Of a stretch of DNA of 64,000 nucleotides, positions 46,192-57,476 are shown piece by piece (the stretch's first letter is position 1; every line of letters starts with the position of its first letter). The notes under the pieces were generated by a model, which was not told the DNA's origin, searched no databases, and saw only the letters and a program-made list of their open reading frames with translations. Source of the DNA: Nannocystis bainbridge (GTDB lineage Bacteria; Myxococcota_A; Polyangia; Nannocystales; Nannocystaceae); contig NZ_JAQNDL010000005.1 in the NCBI RefSeq assembly GCF_028368995.1, positions 32,001 through 96,000 on the forward strand, in the 5' to 3' direction. The position numbers and the translations under genes are program-made.

Positions 46192-48075
46192 ATGCCCGAC
46201 CCCGGCGACGAACGCTGCCTGCCTGCCCTCGCCGCGGCCTTACGGAGCCTCCTGCTCCCTGGCGCGGGCGCGGCCGAGCGGGCGCTCGCGGCCTTCGCCG
46301 AGCCGCAGGGCTTCGACTTCGCCGCCTTCCTCGAGCCCAGCGGACTCGGCTTCGCCCCGCGCGGCGTGTGGATGCGCGAGCGCGGGGCCCCGCGGGGCGA
46401 CGAGCTGCGGCTGCCCCCGCGCTGGCTCGACGCCTTCGCCGAGGGTCGGGTCGTCAGCGCCCCGGCCGGCGAGGTGTCGCCGCCCGAGCTCAAGCCGCTG
46501 CGACTGTTCGGCGCCCCGGCCCTGCTGGCCGCCCCCGCGCGCGGCGACGGCCTGGTCGGCGTGCTCCTGTTCGCCGCCTTCGGCCAGCGCTTCACCTGGT
46601 CCGAAGGACATGCCCATGCGGCCAGCGCCCTGGCCGCGGCCCTCGCCGCCGCGCTCGTGCGCATCGACGAGACCGCCGCCGTCCTCGACCACCTGCCGCA
46701 GCGCATCGCCTGGAAGGACAGCCGCCTGCGCTACCGCGGGGCCAACCGCGCGTTCGCCCGCGCGGCCGGCCTGACCGGCGCCCAGCTGGCCGGCCGCAGC
46801 GACCGCGAGTTGGTCCTGCGCCCCGAGCTGTGCGACGGCGGCGAGGTCGCGCGGCGACACGAGCGCGAAGTGCTGCAGAGCGGCCGCCCGCAGCTCGCCC
46901 GCATCGAGGCGACCCAGGTCGCCGCCGGCCGCGAGCAGTGGCTCGCCGTCAGCCGGATCCCGCTGACCGGCAGCGACGGCAAGCCCTCGGGCGTGATCGT
47001 CGTCAGCGAGGACATCACCGATCGCCTGCAAGCCGCGGCGATGCTGCGCCACGCCGAGCGGACCGGCGCGGTCGCGCGGCTGGCCGCGGCCATGACCGCC
47101 GACCTCCGGACCCCGCTGGCCGAGATCGAGAACCTCGCCGACGACGAGCGGGTCCGCAGCGCCGCCCGCAACGCCGGCGACCTCGTGCGCCAGCTCGCCG
47201 CCTTCGCCCGCCGCCAGCTCGCCGACCCGGTCGACGTCGCCCCCGCCTCGCTGATCGCCCGCATGGGCAACCTGCTCGGCCGCGTCCTCGGCGACGGCCT
47301 CGCGCTCGAGCTCCCGGTCGAGGGCCTGCGCATCGCCGTCCGCGTCGACCCGCGCCAGCTCGAGCTGATGGTCGTGTCCGTCGTCCGCCATGTCCGCTCG
47401 TACATGCCCCAGGGTGCCAAGCTGGCGCTCGACGTCGCCCCGCAGACGCTGGGCATCGAGCGCTCGCTCGCGTTCGGCCTGCCTGCTGGCGAGTACGTCC
47501 GGATCCGCTTCCTCGCCTACCCGATCGACCCTGGCGGCGCCGACATGAGCGAGACCTTGCGGGCCCGCCTGGTCCTCGCCCAGACCATCGCTCGCCACGG
47601 CGGCGGCGCCCTCCGGCTCAACCGCGACGAGTCGAGCTACCGCGCCGGCTCCGACTCGCTGGCGATCGAGGTCGTGCTGCCGCGGGTGTTCAGCCTCCCG
47701 CGCGCCATCGACCCGACCCCCGCCGCCGACACCCGCGGCGTCGAGTCGGTGCTCATCCTCGACGACGACCTGCACCTGCGCGGGGCCGTGGCCGCCGTGC
47801 TGCGCCAGCTCGGCTACACCGTCCACATCGCCGAGCACCTCGACGAGGCGCTGGCCCAGCAGCGCCAGACCCGGCCGCCGCTGGCCCTGGCGCTGGTCTC
47901 GTCCGAGCTGTCGGCCGGCCCCGGCGAGGCCTCCCGCGCGCTGCAGAAGGCCCAGCCCGAGCTGCGCGTGATGGTCCTGTCGCGCCAGGCCGGCGGCGAG
48001 GGCGTGGTCGTGTCCGCCAGCTTCGAGGCCCTGGCCGCCCGCGTCCGCCAGGCCCTCGACAGCCGCCCGGGCTGA
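46192..48075 (+). CDS. GAF/PAS + degenerate histidine kinase + degenerate receiver protein
   Basis: PAS (WKD..LRY.GAN.AF), GAVARLAAAMTADL, QLAAFARRQ, VDPRQLE, C-terminal SVLILDDD receiver fold. Confidence 0.8.
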   Translation: MPDPGDERCLPALAAALRSLLLPGAGAAERALAAFAEPQGFDFAAFLEPSGLGFAPRGVWMRERGAPRGDELRLPPRWLDAFAEGRVVSAPAGEVSPPELKPLRLFGAPALLAAPARGDGLVGVLLFAAFGQRFTWSEGHAHAASALAAALAAALVRIDETAAVLDHLPQRIAWKDSRLRYRGANRAFARAAGLTGAQLAGRSDRELVLRPELCDGGEVARRHEREVLQSGRPQLARIEATQVAAGREQWLAVSRIPLTGSDGKPSGVIVVSEDITDRLQAAAMLRHAERTGAVARLAAAMTADLRTPLAEIENLADDERVRSAARNAGDLVRQLAAFARRQLADPVDVAPASLIARMGNLLGRVLGDGLALELPVEGLRIAVRVDPRQLELMVVSVVRHVRSYMPQGAKLALDVAPQTLGIERSLAFGLPAGEYVRIRFLAYPIDPGGADMSETLRARLVLAQTIARHGGGALRLNRDESSYRAGSDSLAIEVVLPRVFSLPRAIDPTPAADTRGVESVLILDDDLHLRGAVAAVLRQLGYTVHIAEHLDEALAQQRQTRPPLALALVSSELSAGPGEASRALQKAQPELRVMVLSRQAGGEGVVVSASFEALAARVRQALDSRPG

Positions 48076-48077
48076 CC

Positions 48078-48166
48078 TGTCCGCCAGGACATGCCGCTGG
48101 GAGCATGTCCGAGAGCACATGCCCGTGAGGACATGTTGCGAAGGGCATGCCCGATCCGACATGTCC
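48078..48166. repeat. Array of six 14-bp palindromic units
   Basis: Junctions 48076, 48090, 48104, 48118, 48132, 48146, 48160, starting immediately after the TGA at 48075. Confidence 0.9.
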
Positions 48167-48521
48167 GTTCGAGCCGCTCCGCCGAGCCCGCTCCCTCGGC
48201 GGCCGCCCGAGCTCCGCGCCCGGGGACTGCGCGCCCGCCACATCGGCGCCCCGGTTCGCGGTCGCGATTCGGGCGGCGTCCGGTCCGCATCGCCGGACTG
48301 CGGCCCGAACGACGCGCAGCGGGGCCTGCGCGCCCTTGTGGGCTCGATCCTGTCCCGGAGATCTCCCCGCACGCGCTGCTGGGGTGAGGCGAAAGAACGG
48401 CGTATGGAAGCGACCCACGGGCTGTTTGGCGCGCGCGACGCTGCGCGTGGTCGCGGCGACATTTGGTACACCTGGCCTCAGCAACCGGCGATGACGGCGC
48501 AGGGGCACACGAGAGTTCGCA

Positions 48522-51377
48522 TTGCCGTGGCGTGACCACTACCTCGCAGCGATGCACGACATCCGCCGGGGCCTCGGCGAGCAGGTCGACCTGCCGGCCC
48601 TGGTCGGCTCGATCTTGTGGCACGCCGAGCAGTTCTTCGACGGCAGCGGCGCGGCCTTCTACCTCGCCCAGCCCGAGGGCCTGCGGGCGATCGCCGGCGC
48701 CAGCGCGGTGATCCTTTCGCTCGGCGAGAACATCGAGCGCGACGGCCCGGTGATGGAGGTGTGGAGCTCCGGGCAGGCCATGTTGGTCCCGCCCGATCAC
48801 GAGAGCTCGATGGGCCTCGCCCTCACCCCGGTCGAGACCCACGACCGTCGGCTCGGCGTGATGGTCGTCGGCGGCCTCACCGGCCTGTCGGCCGTCGACG
48901 CCATGACGCTGGCCGAGATGACCCCGTTCGCGGGGCTCCTGGCGATCAGCGTCGTCAACGCCGGCCTCTACATCACCGCGCGCCAGGAGCTGGCCGAGCG
49001 GCGCAAGGCCGAGGCCGCGCTGCGCGAGAGCGAGGAGCGGTTCCGGACCCTGTTCGAGTACGCCCCCGACGCCATCCTCGTCGTCGACGCCGACACCGGC
49101 CTGTTCGTCGATCCCAACGCCAACGCCACCCGGCTCTACGGCCTCTCGCGCGAGGAGCTGCTGTTCGTCGGCCCCGGGATCATGAGCCCGCCGATCCAGC
49201 CCGACGGCCGCAACTCGCTCGAGGGCGCGCAGGAGCACGTGCTCGCGGCCATGGCCGGCGAGGCGCCGGTGTTCGAGTGGTACCACCGCAACGGCGCCGG
49301 CCACGACATCCCGTGCGAGGTCCGGCTGGTGCGCATGCCGGCGAGCGGCCGCAACCTCGTGCGCGCCAGCGTCACCGACATCACCGAGCGCAAGCGGGCC
49401 CAGCAGGCGCTGGCCACCGCCAAGGAGGCCGCCGAGGCCGCCAACGCCGCCAAGGGCACCTTCCTCGCCAACATGAGCCACGAGATCCGCACGCCGATGA
49501 ACGCCATCATCGGCATGACCGGGCTCCTCCTCGACACCCCGTTGAGCGTCGAGCAGCGCGACTTCGTCGACACCCTGCGCTCCTCGTGCGAGTCGCTGCT
49601 GACGATCATCAACGACATCCTCGACTTCTCCAAGATCGAGGCCAACAAGCTCGAGCTCGAGAGCGAGGCCTTCAGCCTGCAGGAGTTCATCGAGGGCGTG
49701 GTCGACCTCGTCGCCGCCAGCAAGCTCGGCGACAAGCCGCTCAACATCGCCGTCTCGATCGCCGCCGACGTCCCGCGCCGCCTCGTCACCGACTCCACCC
49801 GGCTGCGCCAGATCCTCCTCAACCTCCTCAGCAACGCCGTCAAGTTCACCGCCCACGGCGACATCAGCCTCGACGTCAGCGTCCGCGGCGTGCGGCGCCC
49901 GAACGACGGCCCGCCGCGCTACGGCCTGCTGTTCGCCGTCGAGGACACCGGCATCGGCATCCGCGCCGACCGCATGGACCGCCTGTTCCAGAGCTTCAGC
50001 CAGCTCGACAGCTCGACCACGCGGCGCTTCGGCGGCACCGGCCTCGGCCTGGCGATCAGCAAGCGCCTGGCCGAGATGCTCGGCGGCACCATGTGGGCCG
50101 TCAGCGAGGTCGATCGCGGCTCGACCTTCTACTTCACCATCGACGCCGCCAGCGAGCCCTCGGCCCAGGTGATCGTCGCCGACCACGACGGCCGCTTCCG
50201 CGGCAAGCAGCTGCTGCTCGTCGACGCCAGCGGCCCGCAGCGGCGCCTGCTCGCCGGCCACGCCCACGCCTGGGGCCTGCAGACGCTCGCCTTCGCCAGC
50301 GCCGCCGAGGCGCTGGCCGGCCTGCGCGAGGTCGCGGTCGACGTCGCCGTCGTCGACACCCTGCTGCCCGACGAGCACTACAAGGAGCTGCTCGAGGCCC
50401 TGCGCGGCGCCCATGTCCCGGTGATCCTGCTCGCGCCGATGGCGAGGCGGTCTTTCAAGACAGGTCTCGAAGAACATGACGCATTGGTCAGCAAGCCGAT
50501 CAAGGGCGCCTCGCTGCTGGCCGCGCTGGCCAGCGCGCTCGGCGACGCCGACGCCCAGCCGAGCCCGCGCATCGAGCTCGGCGCGTCCGAGTTCGACCCG
50601 ACCCTCGCCGAGCGCCTGCCGCTGCGGATCCTCGTCGCCGAGGACAACGCCACCAACCAAAAGCTCATGCTGCTGATGCTCGAGCGGTTCGGCTACCGGG
50701 CCGACTGCGCCTTCCACGGCATCGAGGCGCTCGACGCGATCAGCCGCCACTCCTACGACATCGTCCTGATGGACGTGCAGATGCCGGAGATGGACGGCCT
50801 CGAGGCGACCCGGCTGATCCGCCGCAGCGGCGGCCCGCAGCCGCGCATCGTCGCCATGACCGCCAACGCCATGGACAGCGACCGCGAGGCCTGCCTGGCC
50901 GCCGGCATGGACGACTACGTCAGTAAGCCGATCCAGATCCGCGAGCTGCGGGCCGCGCTCGAGCGGTCGCGGCGGCCGATCGAAATCCCGCCGCCGCCGC
51001 CGCAGCTCGACCCGTCGCTGGTGGCGACGCCGACCGAGATCGAGCGCGAGGCCGCGGCCGGTTACCGCCAGCTGCGCGACCTGCTGGGGGCCGCCACGGC
51101 CGACGAGATCGCGGCCCTGTTCTTGCGCGAGGCCGACGAGCTGATGGAGCGCCTGCGCGTGGCCATCGCCGACGGCGACCACGACGGCGTGCGAGAGGCC
51201 GCGCACAGCCTCAAGGGCAGCTCGGGCGGCCTGCGGCTGATGAGCCTCCACGCCATCGCCGCCGCCCTCGAGTCCAAGAGCCGCGCCGGCGACCTCCTGC
51301 ACGCCCCCGTGCTGTTCGGCGAGCTCGAGCGGCAGTACGGGGTCGTCCAGGGCCGCCTGGCCCCGCGCACCGGCTGA
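48522..51377 (+). CDS. Hybrid sensor histidine kinase (GAF-PAS-HisKA-HATPase-REC-REC-Hpt)
   Basis: [56 protein letters not shown]; start uncertain (48522 or 48552). Confidence 0.95.
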   Translation: MPWRDHYLAAMHDIRRGLGEQVDLPALVGSILWHAEQFFDGSGAAFYLAQPEGLRAIAGASAVILSLGENIERDGPVMEVWSSGQAMLVPPDHESSMGLALTPVETHDRRLGVMVVGGLTGLSAVDAMTLAEMTPFAGLLAISVVNAGLYITARQELAERRKAEAALRESEERFRTLFEYAPDAILVVDADTGLFVDPNANATRLYGLSREELLFVGPGIMSPPIQPDGRNSLEGAQEHVLAAMAGEAPVFEWYHRNGAGHDIPCEVRLVRMPASGRNLVRASVTDITERKRAQQALATAKEAAEAANAAKGTFLANMSHEIRTPMNAIIGMTGLLLDTPLSVEQRDFVDTLRSSCESLLTIINDILDFSKIEANKLELESEAFSLQEFIEGVVDLVAASKLGDKPLNIAVSIAADVPRRLVTDSTRLRQILLNLLSNAVKFTAHGDISLDVSVRGVRRPNDGPPRYGLLFAVEDTGIGIRADRMDRLFQSFSQLDSSTTRRFGGTGLGLAISKRLAEMLGGTMWAVSEVDRGSTFYFTIDAASEPSAQVIVADHDGRFRGKQLLLVDASGPQRRLLAGHAHAWGLQTLAFASAAEALAGLREVAVDVAVVDTLLPDEHYKELLEALRGAHVPVILLAPMARRSFKTGLEEHDALVSKPIKGASLLAALASALGDADAQPSPRIELGASEFDPTLAERLPLRILVAEDNATNQKLMLLMLERFGYRADCAFHGIEALDAISRHSYDIVLMDVQMPEMDGLEATRLIRRSGGPQPRIVAMTANAMDSDREACLAAGMDDYVSKPIQIRELRAALERSRRPIEIPPPPPQLDPSLVATPTEIEREAAAGYRQLRDLLGAATADEIAALFLREADELMERLRVAIADGDHDGVREAAHSLKGSSGGLRLMSLHAIAAALESKSRAGDLLHAPVLFGELERQYGVVQGRLAPRTG

Positions 51378-51445
51378 TCGGGGCCGGGCTCACGAGCGTG
51401 CGCGCCGGAGCGCCGGCGCCCGCCTGCTATACCTCCGGCGCCCGC

Positions 51446-52231
51446 ATGCAACGCGACCTCCGAAGCCCCAGGGCTGCCGCCCCGATCACGCCCGAGATGA
51501 AGGTCTGCGGCGTCAACGCCTGCCTGGCGCTCGCCGCCCGTCGCCCCGATGACGTCCGTCGTGTCTACGTCCACCCGTCGCGCCTGTCCGTGTTCGGCGC
51601 CGTCCTCAAGCGCTGCGCCGAGCGCCGGATCGCCTACCACGTGGTCGAGAACGACGAGCTCGAGCGCATCACCCAATCGGTGCACCACGAGGGCATCTGC
51701 TTCATCGCCCGCGAGCGCCCCGCGATCGGCCTCCAGGGCGCGCTGCAGCGGCGCGACCCGACCCGCCCGCGCTGCCTCCTCTACCTCGGCGGCGTCGGCA
51801 ACCCGCACAACCTCGGCGCCATCGTCCGCGTGTGCGCCCACTTCGACGTCGACGCCGTGCTCGCTGGCGGCCTCGAGACGCACGCCTCGCCGGCCATGCT
51901 GCGCACCGCCGAGGGCGGCGCCGAGTTCGTCGACGTCGTGCCCGTCGCCGACGGCACCGGCCCGCTGGTCGTCGCGCGCCGGGCCGGCTTCCGCCTGATC
52001 GCCACCGCCGCCCGGGCCAAGCGCTCGCTCTACAGCGCCCCGCTGCCGCCGCGCTCGATCGTCATGCTCGGCGCCGAGGCCGACGGGCTCGCGCCGGCCC
52101 TCGTCAACATGGCCGACGACGTCGTCCACATCCCCGGCACCGGCGCGCTCGACAGCCTCAACGTCGCCTGCGCCGCCGCCGTCGTGCTCGGCGAGTTCTG
52201 GCGCGTCCACCGGACCCCGGTCGCGGAGTAG
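51446..52231 (+). CDS. TrmH/SpoU family RNA methyltransferase
   Basis: HHEGI, NPHNLGAIVR, MLGAEADGL, IPGTG.LDSLNVA.AA. Confidence 0.92.
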   Translation: MQRDLRSPRAAAPITPEMKVCGVNACLALAARRPDDVRRVYVHPSRLSVFGAVLKRCAERRIAYHVVENDELERITQSVHHEGICFIARERPAIGLQGALQRRDPTRPRCLLYLGGVGNPHNLGAIVRVCAHFDVDAVLAGGLETHASPAMLRTAEGGAEFVDVVPVADGTGPLVVARRAGFRLIATAARAKRSLYSAPLPPRSIVMLGAEADGLAPALVNMADDVVHIPGTGALDSLNVACAAAVVLGEFWRVHRTPVAE

Positions 52232-52234
52232 CCC

Positions 52235-52933
52235 GTGGCGCGCCACCCGGTCCTCACCGACGCGCTGCTGGACGCCGCGCTCGGGCCCGAGGCCGAACCT
52301 GACCCCAAGGCCAGGTCCCCGCGCTTCTTCCACCGCCCGCTGTACGAGCGCCTGACGCGGGCCCACCCAGCCAGCCCTTATCTGCTGTGGGCCGGCCCGA
52401 TCGCCGCTTGCCTGGCCTTCGGGACAGCCGCGCACGACCCTCCGCGGCTGCTCCTGCTGCTCGCCGTCGGCTGGCTGGTGTGGACCTTCGTCGAGTACTG
52501 GCTGCACCGCGGCTTCTTCCACCTCGCCCCCACCACCCCCGCGCGGCGCGTCACCAGCTTCATCGTCCACCGCCACCACCACGTCGCCCCGAACGACCGC
52601 GACCGCCTGGTCGCCACCCCGCTCTACAGCGGCGGCCTGGCCCTGCTGCTGCTCGGCCTCTACGGCCTGATCGCCGGCCCTGACGCCCGCTGGCCGCTGC
52701 TCGCCGGCACCCTGCTCGGCTATCTCGCCTACGAGCGGGCCCACCACCTCGCGCACCACGGCCGCCCGCGCACCGCCCTCGGCCGGGCCCTGCGCCGCCG
52801 CCACCTGCGCCACCACTTCGCCGACCGCGGGCTCGACTTCGGCATCTCGAGCCCCCTGTGGGACCTGGTCTTTCGCACCTACTCCAAGAGACATGCCCCC
52901 GAGGACAGGCCCGATCGGCCATGCCCTCCATGA
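52235..52933 (+). CDS. Fatty acid hydroxylase / sterol desaturase family (FA2H-like)
   Basis: His boxes EYWLHRGFFH, HRHHH, YE.AHH.AHH, HLRHHF; FGISSPLWD.VF.T. Confidence 0.9.
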   Translation: MARHPVLTDALLDAALGPEAEPDPKARSPRFFHRPLYERLTRAHPASPYLLWAGPIAACLAFGTAAHDPPRLLLLLAVGWLVWTFVEYWLHRGFFHLAPTTPARRVTSFIVHRHHHVAPNDRDRLVATPLYSGGLALLLLGLYGLIAGPDARWPLLAGTLLGYLAYERAHHLAHHGRPRTALGRALRRRHLRHHFADRGLDFGISSPLWDLVFRTYSKRHAPEDRPDRPCPP

Positions 52934-52963
52934 CATGTCTCGATAGACATGTCCTTACGGACC
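52866..52963. repeat. Array of about seven 14-bp palindromic units across two convergent stop codons
   Basis: Junctions 52864, 52878, 52892, 52906, 52920, 52934, 52948, 52962; outer units degenerate. Confidence 0.85.
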
Positions 52964-54418
52964 GGACCGCAGCAGCGCCACCGCAGTCTGCTCCGGCCCG
53001 CCGGCGATCACGTCCGCCTTGCCGTCGCCGTCGAAGTCGCCGGCCGCCAGCAGCTCGGGCGCCGCGCCGCCGGCCACCGCGTGGCTCTGCACGCACGGAC
53101 CCTGACCCCCGGCGACGAAGATCACCCGCACCGCGTCTGTCGACCCGGTGACCAGATCGCCGGCCCCGTCGCCGTCGACGTCGGCGACGGGTCCGAGCAG
53201 CACCGGCCCTTCGACCCGCAGCTCCGACTGCGGCAGCCCTTGCGACCACCGCGAGAGCAGGTGCTTGCCCTGCGCCTCGCGGTGCCCGAGCACGTCGATC
53301 TGCCCGTCGCCGTCGAAGTCACCGGCGACCACGCTCGTCAGCGCCACCAGCCCCGGGCCGAGCAGCTCCTCCCGCAGCGCCAGCCCCTCTCCGTCGACGA
53401 ACTCGCGGACATCGACCTGCGGCCCGTTCCAGCCGGTGAGCAGCACGTCGAGCCGCGCCTGATCGCCGCCGACCGGCCCGACCGTCGCCTCGAATTTCGT
53501 CGTCCCGAGCATCACCGCCCCGAACGCCGCCCCGAAGCCGCCCACGCCGTCGCCCAGGTGCAGCGCCAGCCGCGTGTCCGGATCGTCGTCGCCGCGCGCC
53601 AGCAGGTCGGGCCGCCCGTCGCCGTCGAAATCGCCGCTCCACAGCTGCCGCGGCGCGTTGCCCAGCGAGCCCTGGACCGGCGCCGCGAACACGGCGTCCT
53701 TGCCGAACAGGAGGCTCAGCGGGCTGACCGGCGCCGCCAGCGACACCGCCAGGTCCAGCGAGCCGTCGCCGTCGAAGTCCGCGATCGCCAGCCGCTGCAT
53801 GCCCGGATCCAGCTCGGTCGGGAACAGGCCACCCGGCGCGAAGCCCCCGAGCCCGTCGCCGAGCAGCACCTCGACCTGCCCTTGCTCGGGCAGCACCACC
53901 ACCAGGTCGAGCGCCGCGTCACCGTCGAGGTCGGCCAGCGCCAGCGCCTCCGCCCGCCCCTGCAGCACCACCTTCGACGGCGTCAGCGGCAGCCGCTCGC
54001 ACAGCGGAATCGCCTCGATCGGCGCGCACCAGCCGGGCGACCCCTGGCATTCGTCGCCGTCGTAGCAATCCTCGTCGCCGTAGCATTCGTAGCCCTGACA
54101 GCGCAGCGCCAGATCGCCGCCCGGGAGCGGCACCTCCCGGCAACAACCGACCGCGTCGTAGCACTCGCCCTCGACGCAATACTCGCAGAAACCGTCGCAA
54201 TCGCCGTCGGACTGGCACTCCGGGGGCGGGCCCGACGTCCCGCTGGTCTCGCTCGTCGACGACGTCGGCGCCGTCGTCCCCGGCTCGGTCGGATCTCCCA
54301 TCGACGAACCCGGCGAAGAAGTCGAAGTCTGCTCGCCCGCGGTGTCGCCCTGCGGGGGTAGAGGACCACACGCCGTCACCCACACGCCCGCAGCAATCCA
54401 GGTCAATCGCGTCTGCAT
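52955..54418 (-). CDS. FG-GAP/VCBS-repeat lipoprotein with Cys-rich N-region
   Basis: Lipobox VTAC, Thr/Ser linker, C-x2-D-x-D-C repeats, multiple D(F/L)DGDG..D repeats. Confidence 0.88.
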   Translation of the reverse strand: MQTRLTWIAAGVWVTACGPLPPQGDTAGEQTSTSSPGSSMGDPTEPGTTAPTSSTSETSGTSGPPPECQSDGDCDGFCEYCVEGECYDAVGCCREVPLPGGDLALRCQGYECYGDEDCYDGDECQGSPGWCAPIEAIPLCERLPLTPSKVVLQGRAEALALADLDGDAALDLVVVLPEQGQVEVLLGDGLGGFAPGGLFPTELDPGMQRLAIADFDGDGSLDLAVSLAAPVSPLSLLFGKDAVFAAPVQGSLGNAPRQLWSGDFDGDGRPDLLARGDDDPDTRLALHLGDGVGGFGAAFGAVMLGTTKFEATVGPVGGDQARLDVLLTGWNGPQVDVREFVDGEGLALREELLGPGLVALTSVVAGDFDGDGQIDVLGHREAQGKHLLSRWSQGLPQSELRVEGPVLLGPVADVDGDGAGDLVTGSTDAVRVIFVAGGQGPCVQSHAVAGGAAPELLAAGDFDGDGKADVIAGGPEQTAVALLRSGP

Positions 54419-54584
54419 GCCACCGCAGCATCGCACATTCGTCGGAGCGCGCCACGGCCCACGATCCACGGCACAGGCGTGGACCTCTGTGGCCTGCGCG
54501 ACGCAGGCGCGCCTTCGCTGCTGGCCCGTCCGGCTCCAGTCTGTTTACTCTACGATGGGCCCGTGATCGGGCCACAAGGACCCA

Positions 54585-55523
54585 ATGAAGACCACGACTC
54601 TATGGTGCTCGATCCTCGGCCTGTGCGCGTTCGCGTGCGATGTCCCTGATGGTTCCACGCCTGGTGAGGCGCAAGTCGTCGCGCTCGACGACGACGCCCG
54701 CGACCTCTGCGAGATGGAAGACGACGCCTGTGCCGACGACCTCGCGGCCGCCGAGGAGGCCGCCCTTCACGGTCGCTGCGGCGTCCATCCGAGCGCCTTC
54801 GAGGTCGCGGCCATGGAGGCCGACTTCCTGCACCGCTTCGCCGCCGGCCCCTCGCCGGAGGCCGTGGGTCCGCGGGCCGCGGTCCCGGTGTGGTTCCACG
54901 TCCTGCGCAGCAGCTCCGGCGCCGGCGACATCAGCGACGCCCAGATCAACGCCCAGCTCAACCTCCTCAACTCGACCTTCGGCCCGGCCGGCTTCTCGTT
55001 CGCGCTCGCCGGCGTCGACCGCACCAACAACAACAGCTGGTACGGCATGAGCCCCGGCTCCTCGGCCGAGAAGCAGGCCAAGACCGCCCTGCGCAAGGGC
55101 GGCAAGGAGACCCTCAACATCTATACCGGCAACATCGGTCAGGGTCTGCTCGGTTGGGCCAACTTTCCCTCCTCGTACGCCAGCGACCCCAAGGGCGACG
55201 GCGTCGTGATCCTCAACGCCAGCCTCCCCGGCGGCAACGCGGCCCCCTACAACCTCGGCATGACCGGCGTGCACGAGGTCGGCCACTGGATGGGCCTCTA
55301 TCACACCTTCCAGGGCGGCTGCTCCAAGCAGGGCGACCTCGTCGACGACACCCCCGCCGAGAAGAGCTCCGCGTTCGGCTGCCCTGTCGGCCGCGACACC
55401 TGCCCCGCCGCCGGCGTCGACCCGATCCGCAACTACATGGATTACACCGACGATGCTTGCATGACCAATTTCACGGCCGGCCAGGCCACCCGCATGAAGG
55501 CCCAGATCGCCACCTACCGCTGA
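54585..55523 (+). CDS. Zinc metalloprotease, M43 (pappalysin/ulilysin-like), lipoprotein
   Basis: AAGGA RBS, lipobox AFAC, Cys-switch [16 protein letters not shown], Met-turn NYMDY. Confidence 0.93.
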   Translation: MKTTTLWCSILGLCAFACDVPDGSTPGEAQVVALDDDARDLCEMEDDACADDLAAAEEAALHGRCGVHPSAFEVAAMEADFLHRFAAGPSPEAVGPRAAVPVWFHVLRSSSGAGDISDAQINAQLNLLNSTFGPAGFSFALAGVDRTNNNSWYGMSPGSSAEKQAKTALRKGGKETLNIYTGNIGQGLLGWANFPSSYASDPKGDGVVILNASLPGGNAAPYNLGMTGVHEVGHWMGLYHTFQGGCSKQGDLVDDTPAEKSSAFGCPVGRDTCPAAGVDPIRNYMDYTDDACMTNFTAGQATRMKAQIATYR

Positions 55524-55727
55524 TCCCCGGGTCCGGCGCGCGCCTCGGGGCCTGTCGCCCTCAGGCACGCGCCGACCTCGAACCGGCGGACACGCCATTC
55601 GCTGTCTCGCCTGAAAGGCCGCGTTCCTCCTGCAAGGTCACGCGGCCTTCGTTGCACCTGCACCGCGCTTGCGTATTGAAAGCCGGGCCCGACCTGTGCT
55701 CTACGTGGCGTCGTCGGAGATTGTGTA

Positions 55728-57026
55728 ATGTCGCAACGTAGCCTCGATTTCTTCTGTGCTTGCTCTCTACTCTTGCTCGCCTGCGGCGACTCCGGCGGGG
55801 ACTCCGGCGGCACCGGCGGCGTATCGGCGTCCGGCGTGACCTCGGCCGGCGGCACCGTCACCGCCACCACCACCGCCACGACTGGCAGCGAGAGCACCAC
55901 CGGCAACGGCGGCAGCGACTCGACGGCCACCAGCCCGACCACCGGCGAACCGACCACCGGCACCACCGCCCCGGTCGACACCACCGGCCCGGACACCACC
56001 AGCACGACCGAGCCCGCCACCAGCGACACCACGTCGACGACCACCACCACCGGCGACGACACCACCACCTCGACGACCGTCGCTTCGACCACCGACGGCA
56101 CCACCGGCGAGTGCGCCGCCGTCACCGAGACGGCGACCAACAAGAAGCAGCCGGCCGACATCCTGTTCGTCATCGACAACTCGGGCTCGATGGACATGGA
56201 GATCGCCAGCGTGCAGGCCAACATGAACCAGTTCTCGGCCAAGATCATCGCCAGCGGCATCGACGTGCACGTCATCGTCGTCTCCGACAACAGCATCTGC
56301 GTCGGCGCCCCGCTCGGCTCCGGCAACTGTCCCGCCGACAGCAAGCCGCCGACCTACACCCGCATCAATCAGGGCGTCGGCAGCAACAACGCCCTCCAGC
56401 TGGCGGTCAACACCTACCCGCAATACAAGGACAAGCTGCGGCCCGACGCCGCCACCCACGTCGTCGTCGTCACCGACGACAACTCCAACATGGACGCCAA
56501 CACCTTCGACGCCCAGTTCAAGGCGCTCGAGCCCGGCATGGCCGACTACAAGATGCACGCGATCTGCGGCGCCAAGGGCCCCAGCGACTTCCTGTGGTGC
56601 ATCCAGAACGCGGTGTGCTGCGCCTTCACGGCCGACGCCGGCGACGTCTACCTCGACCTCATCGCCAGCACCGGCGGCAAGTGGGGCGACCTCTGCCTGC
56701 AGAACTTCACCCCCGTGTTCGACGAGCTGTCGACCCAGGTCATCATGGGCGCCACCCTCGCCTGCGAGTGGAGCATCCCCGAGCCGATGGGCGAGCCGAT
56801 CGACTTCGACAAGGTCAACGTCGAGTTCGACGACGGCACCCCCGAGACCTTCGGCAAGGTCCCGAGCCCCGCCGAGTGCGCCAACGTCAGCGACGGCTGG
56901 TACTACGACGACGAGCAGAACCCGACCAAGATCGTCGTCTGCCCGCAGACCTGCACCAAGATCCAGGGCGTCGACGACGCCAAGATCAACATCCAGTTCG
57001 GCTGCGAGACCATCATCGCCCAGTGA
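55728..57026 (+). CDS. vWA-domain lipoprotein with Thr-rich linker
   Basis: Lipobox LLAC, MIDAS DILFVIDNSGSM, VVVTDD, C-terminal GWYYDD..NP..I..CP.TC typical of myxobacterial vWA lipoproteins. Confidence 0.88.
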   Translation: MSQRSLDFFCACSLLLLACGDSGGDSGGTGGVSASGVTSAGGTVTATTTATTGSESTTGNGGSDSTATSPTTGEPTTGTTAPVDTTGPDTTSTTEPATSDTTSTTTTTGDDTTTSTTVASTTDGTTGECAAVTETATNKKQPADILFVIDNSGSMDMEIASVQANMNQFSAKIIASGIDVHVIVVSDNSICVGAPLGSGNCPADSKPPTYTRINQGVGSNNALQLAVNTYPQYKDKLRPDAATHVVVVTDDNSNMDANTFDAQFKALEPGMADYKMHAICGAKGPSDFLWCIQNAVCCAFTADAGDVYLDLIASTGGKWGDLCLQNFTPVFDELSTQVIMGATLACEWSIPEPMGEPIDFDKVNVEFDDGTPETFGKVPSPAECANVSDGWYYDDEQNPTKIVVCPQTCTKIQGVDDAKINIQFGCETIIAQ

Positions 57027-57476
57027 TCCACGACCTGGCCCTTCGGCCATGTGATTTCCGCGATCGCACGCCGCCCCCGATCCCGCCGTCGAAACCGTTC
57101 ACTCGCTTCCAGGCGCTGTTCGCAGCCCTGGACGGGTTCGGCCGCGACGGCGACTCACGGCGCCCGCGGCCATCGCCGCGCGGGACCAAGCCCGCGACCG
57201 CGACGACCTGGCGGACCTCTGCTTCCTCCGCCCTGCCGAACGAGCGGCGCATCACCATCATGCTCGCTCTCCGCGAGCGAATGACCGCGAGTCGGTGGTG
57301 AGCCCGACGCGGGCTCGCGACCGACCTCGCCCTCGTCCACCCGGACGGCGAGGAAGGCGCTCTCCTGGCCCGCTCGCCGACGCCGAGCACCTGCTCGACC
57401 TCCAGGGCACCCATGGCTGCGCGCCAGCCCCGACCGCCGCCTCCGCCGCGCCGCGTGTCTGGCATGCTTTCGGGCG

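Noticed and set aside
48078-48166. 14-bp arrays as CRISPR, iterons or simple microsatellites
   Set aside because: Spacers are only 4 nt, units are non-identical, no rep or cas gene is nearby, and they are dispersed through core genes.
57027-57476. Possible pseudogene fragment between the vWA and membrane genes
   Set aside because: Only short coding-like patches in different frames; no family I can support.
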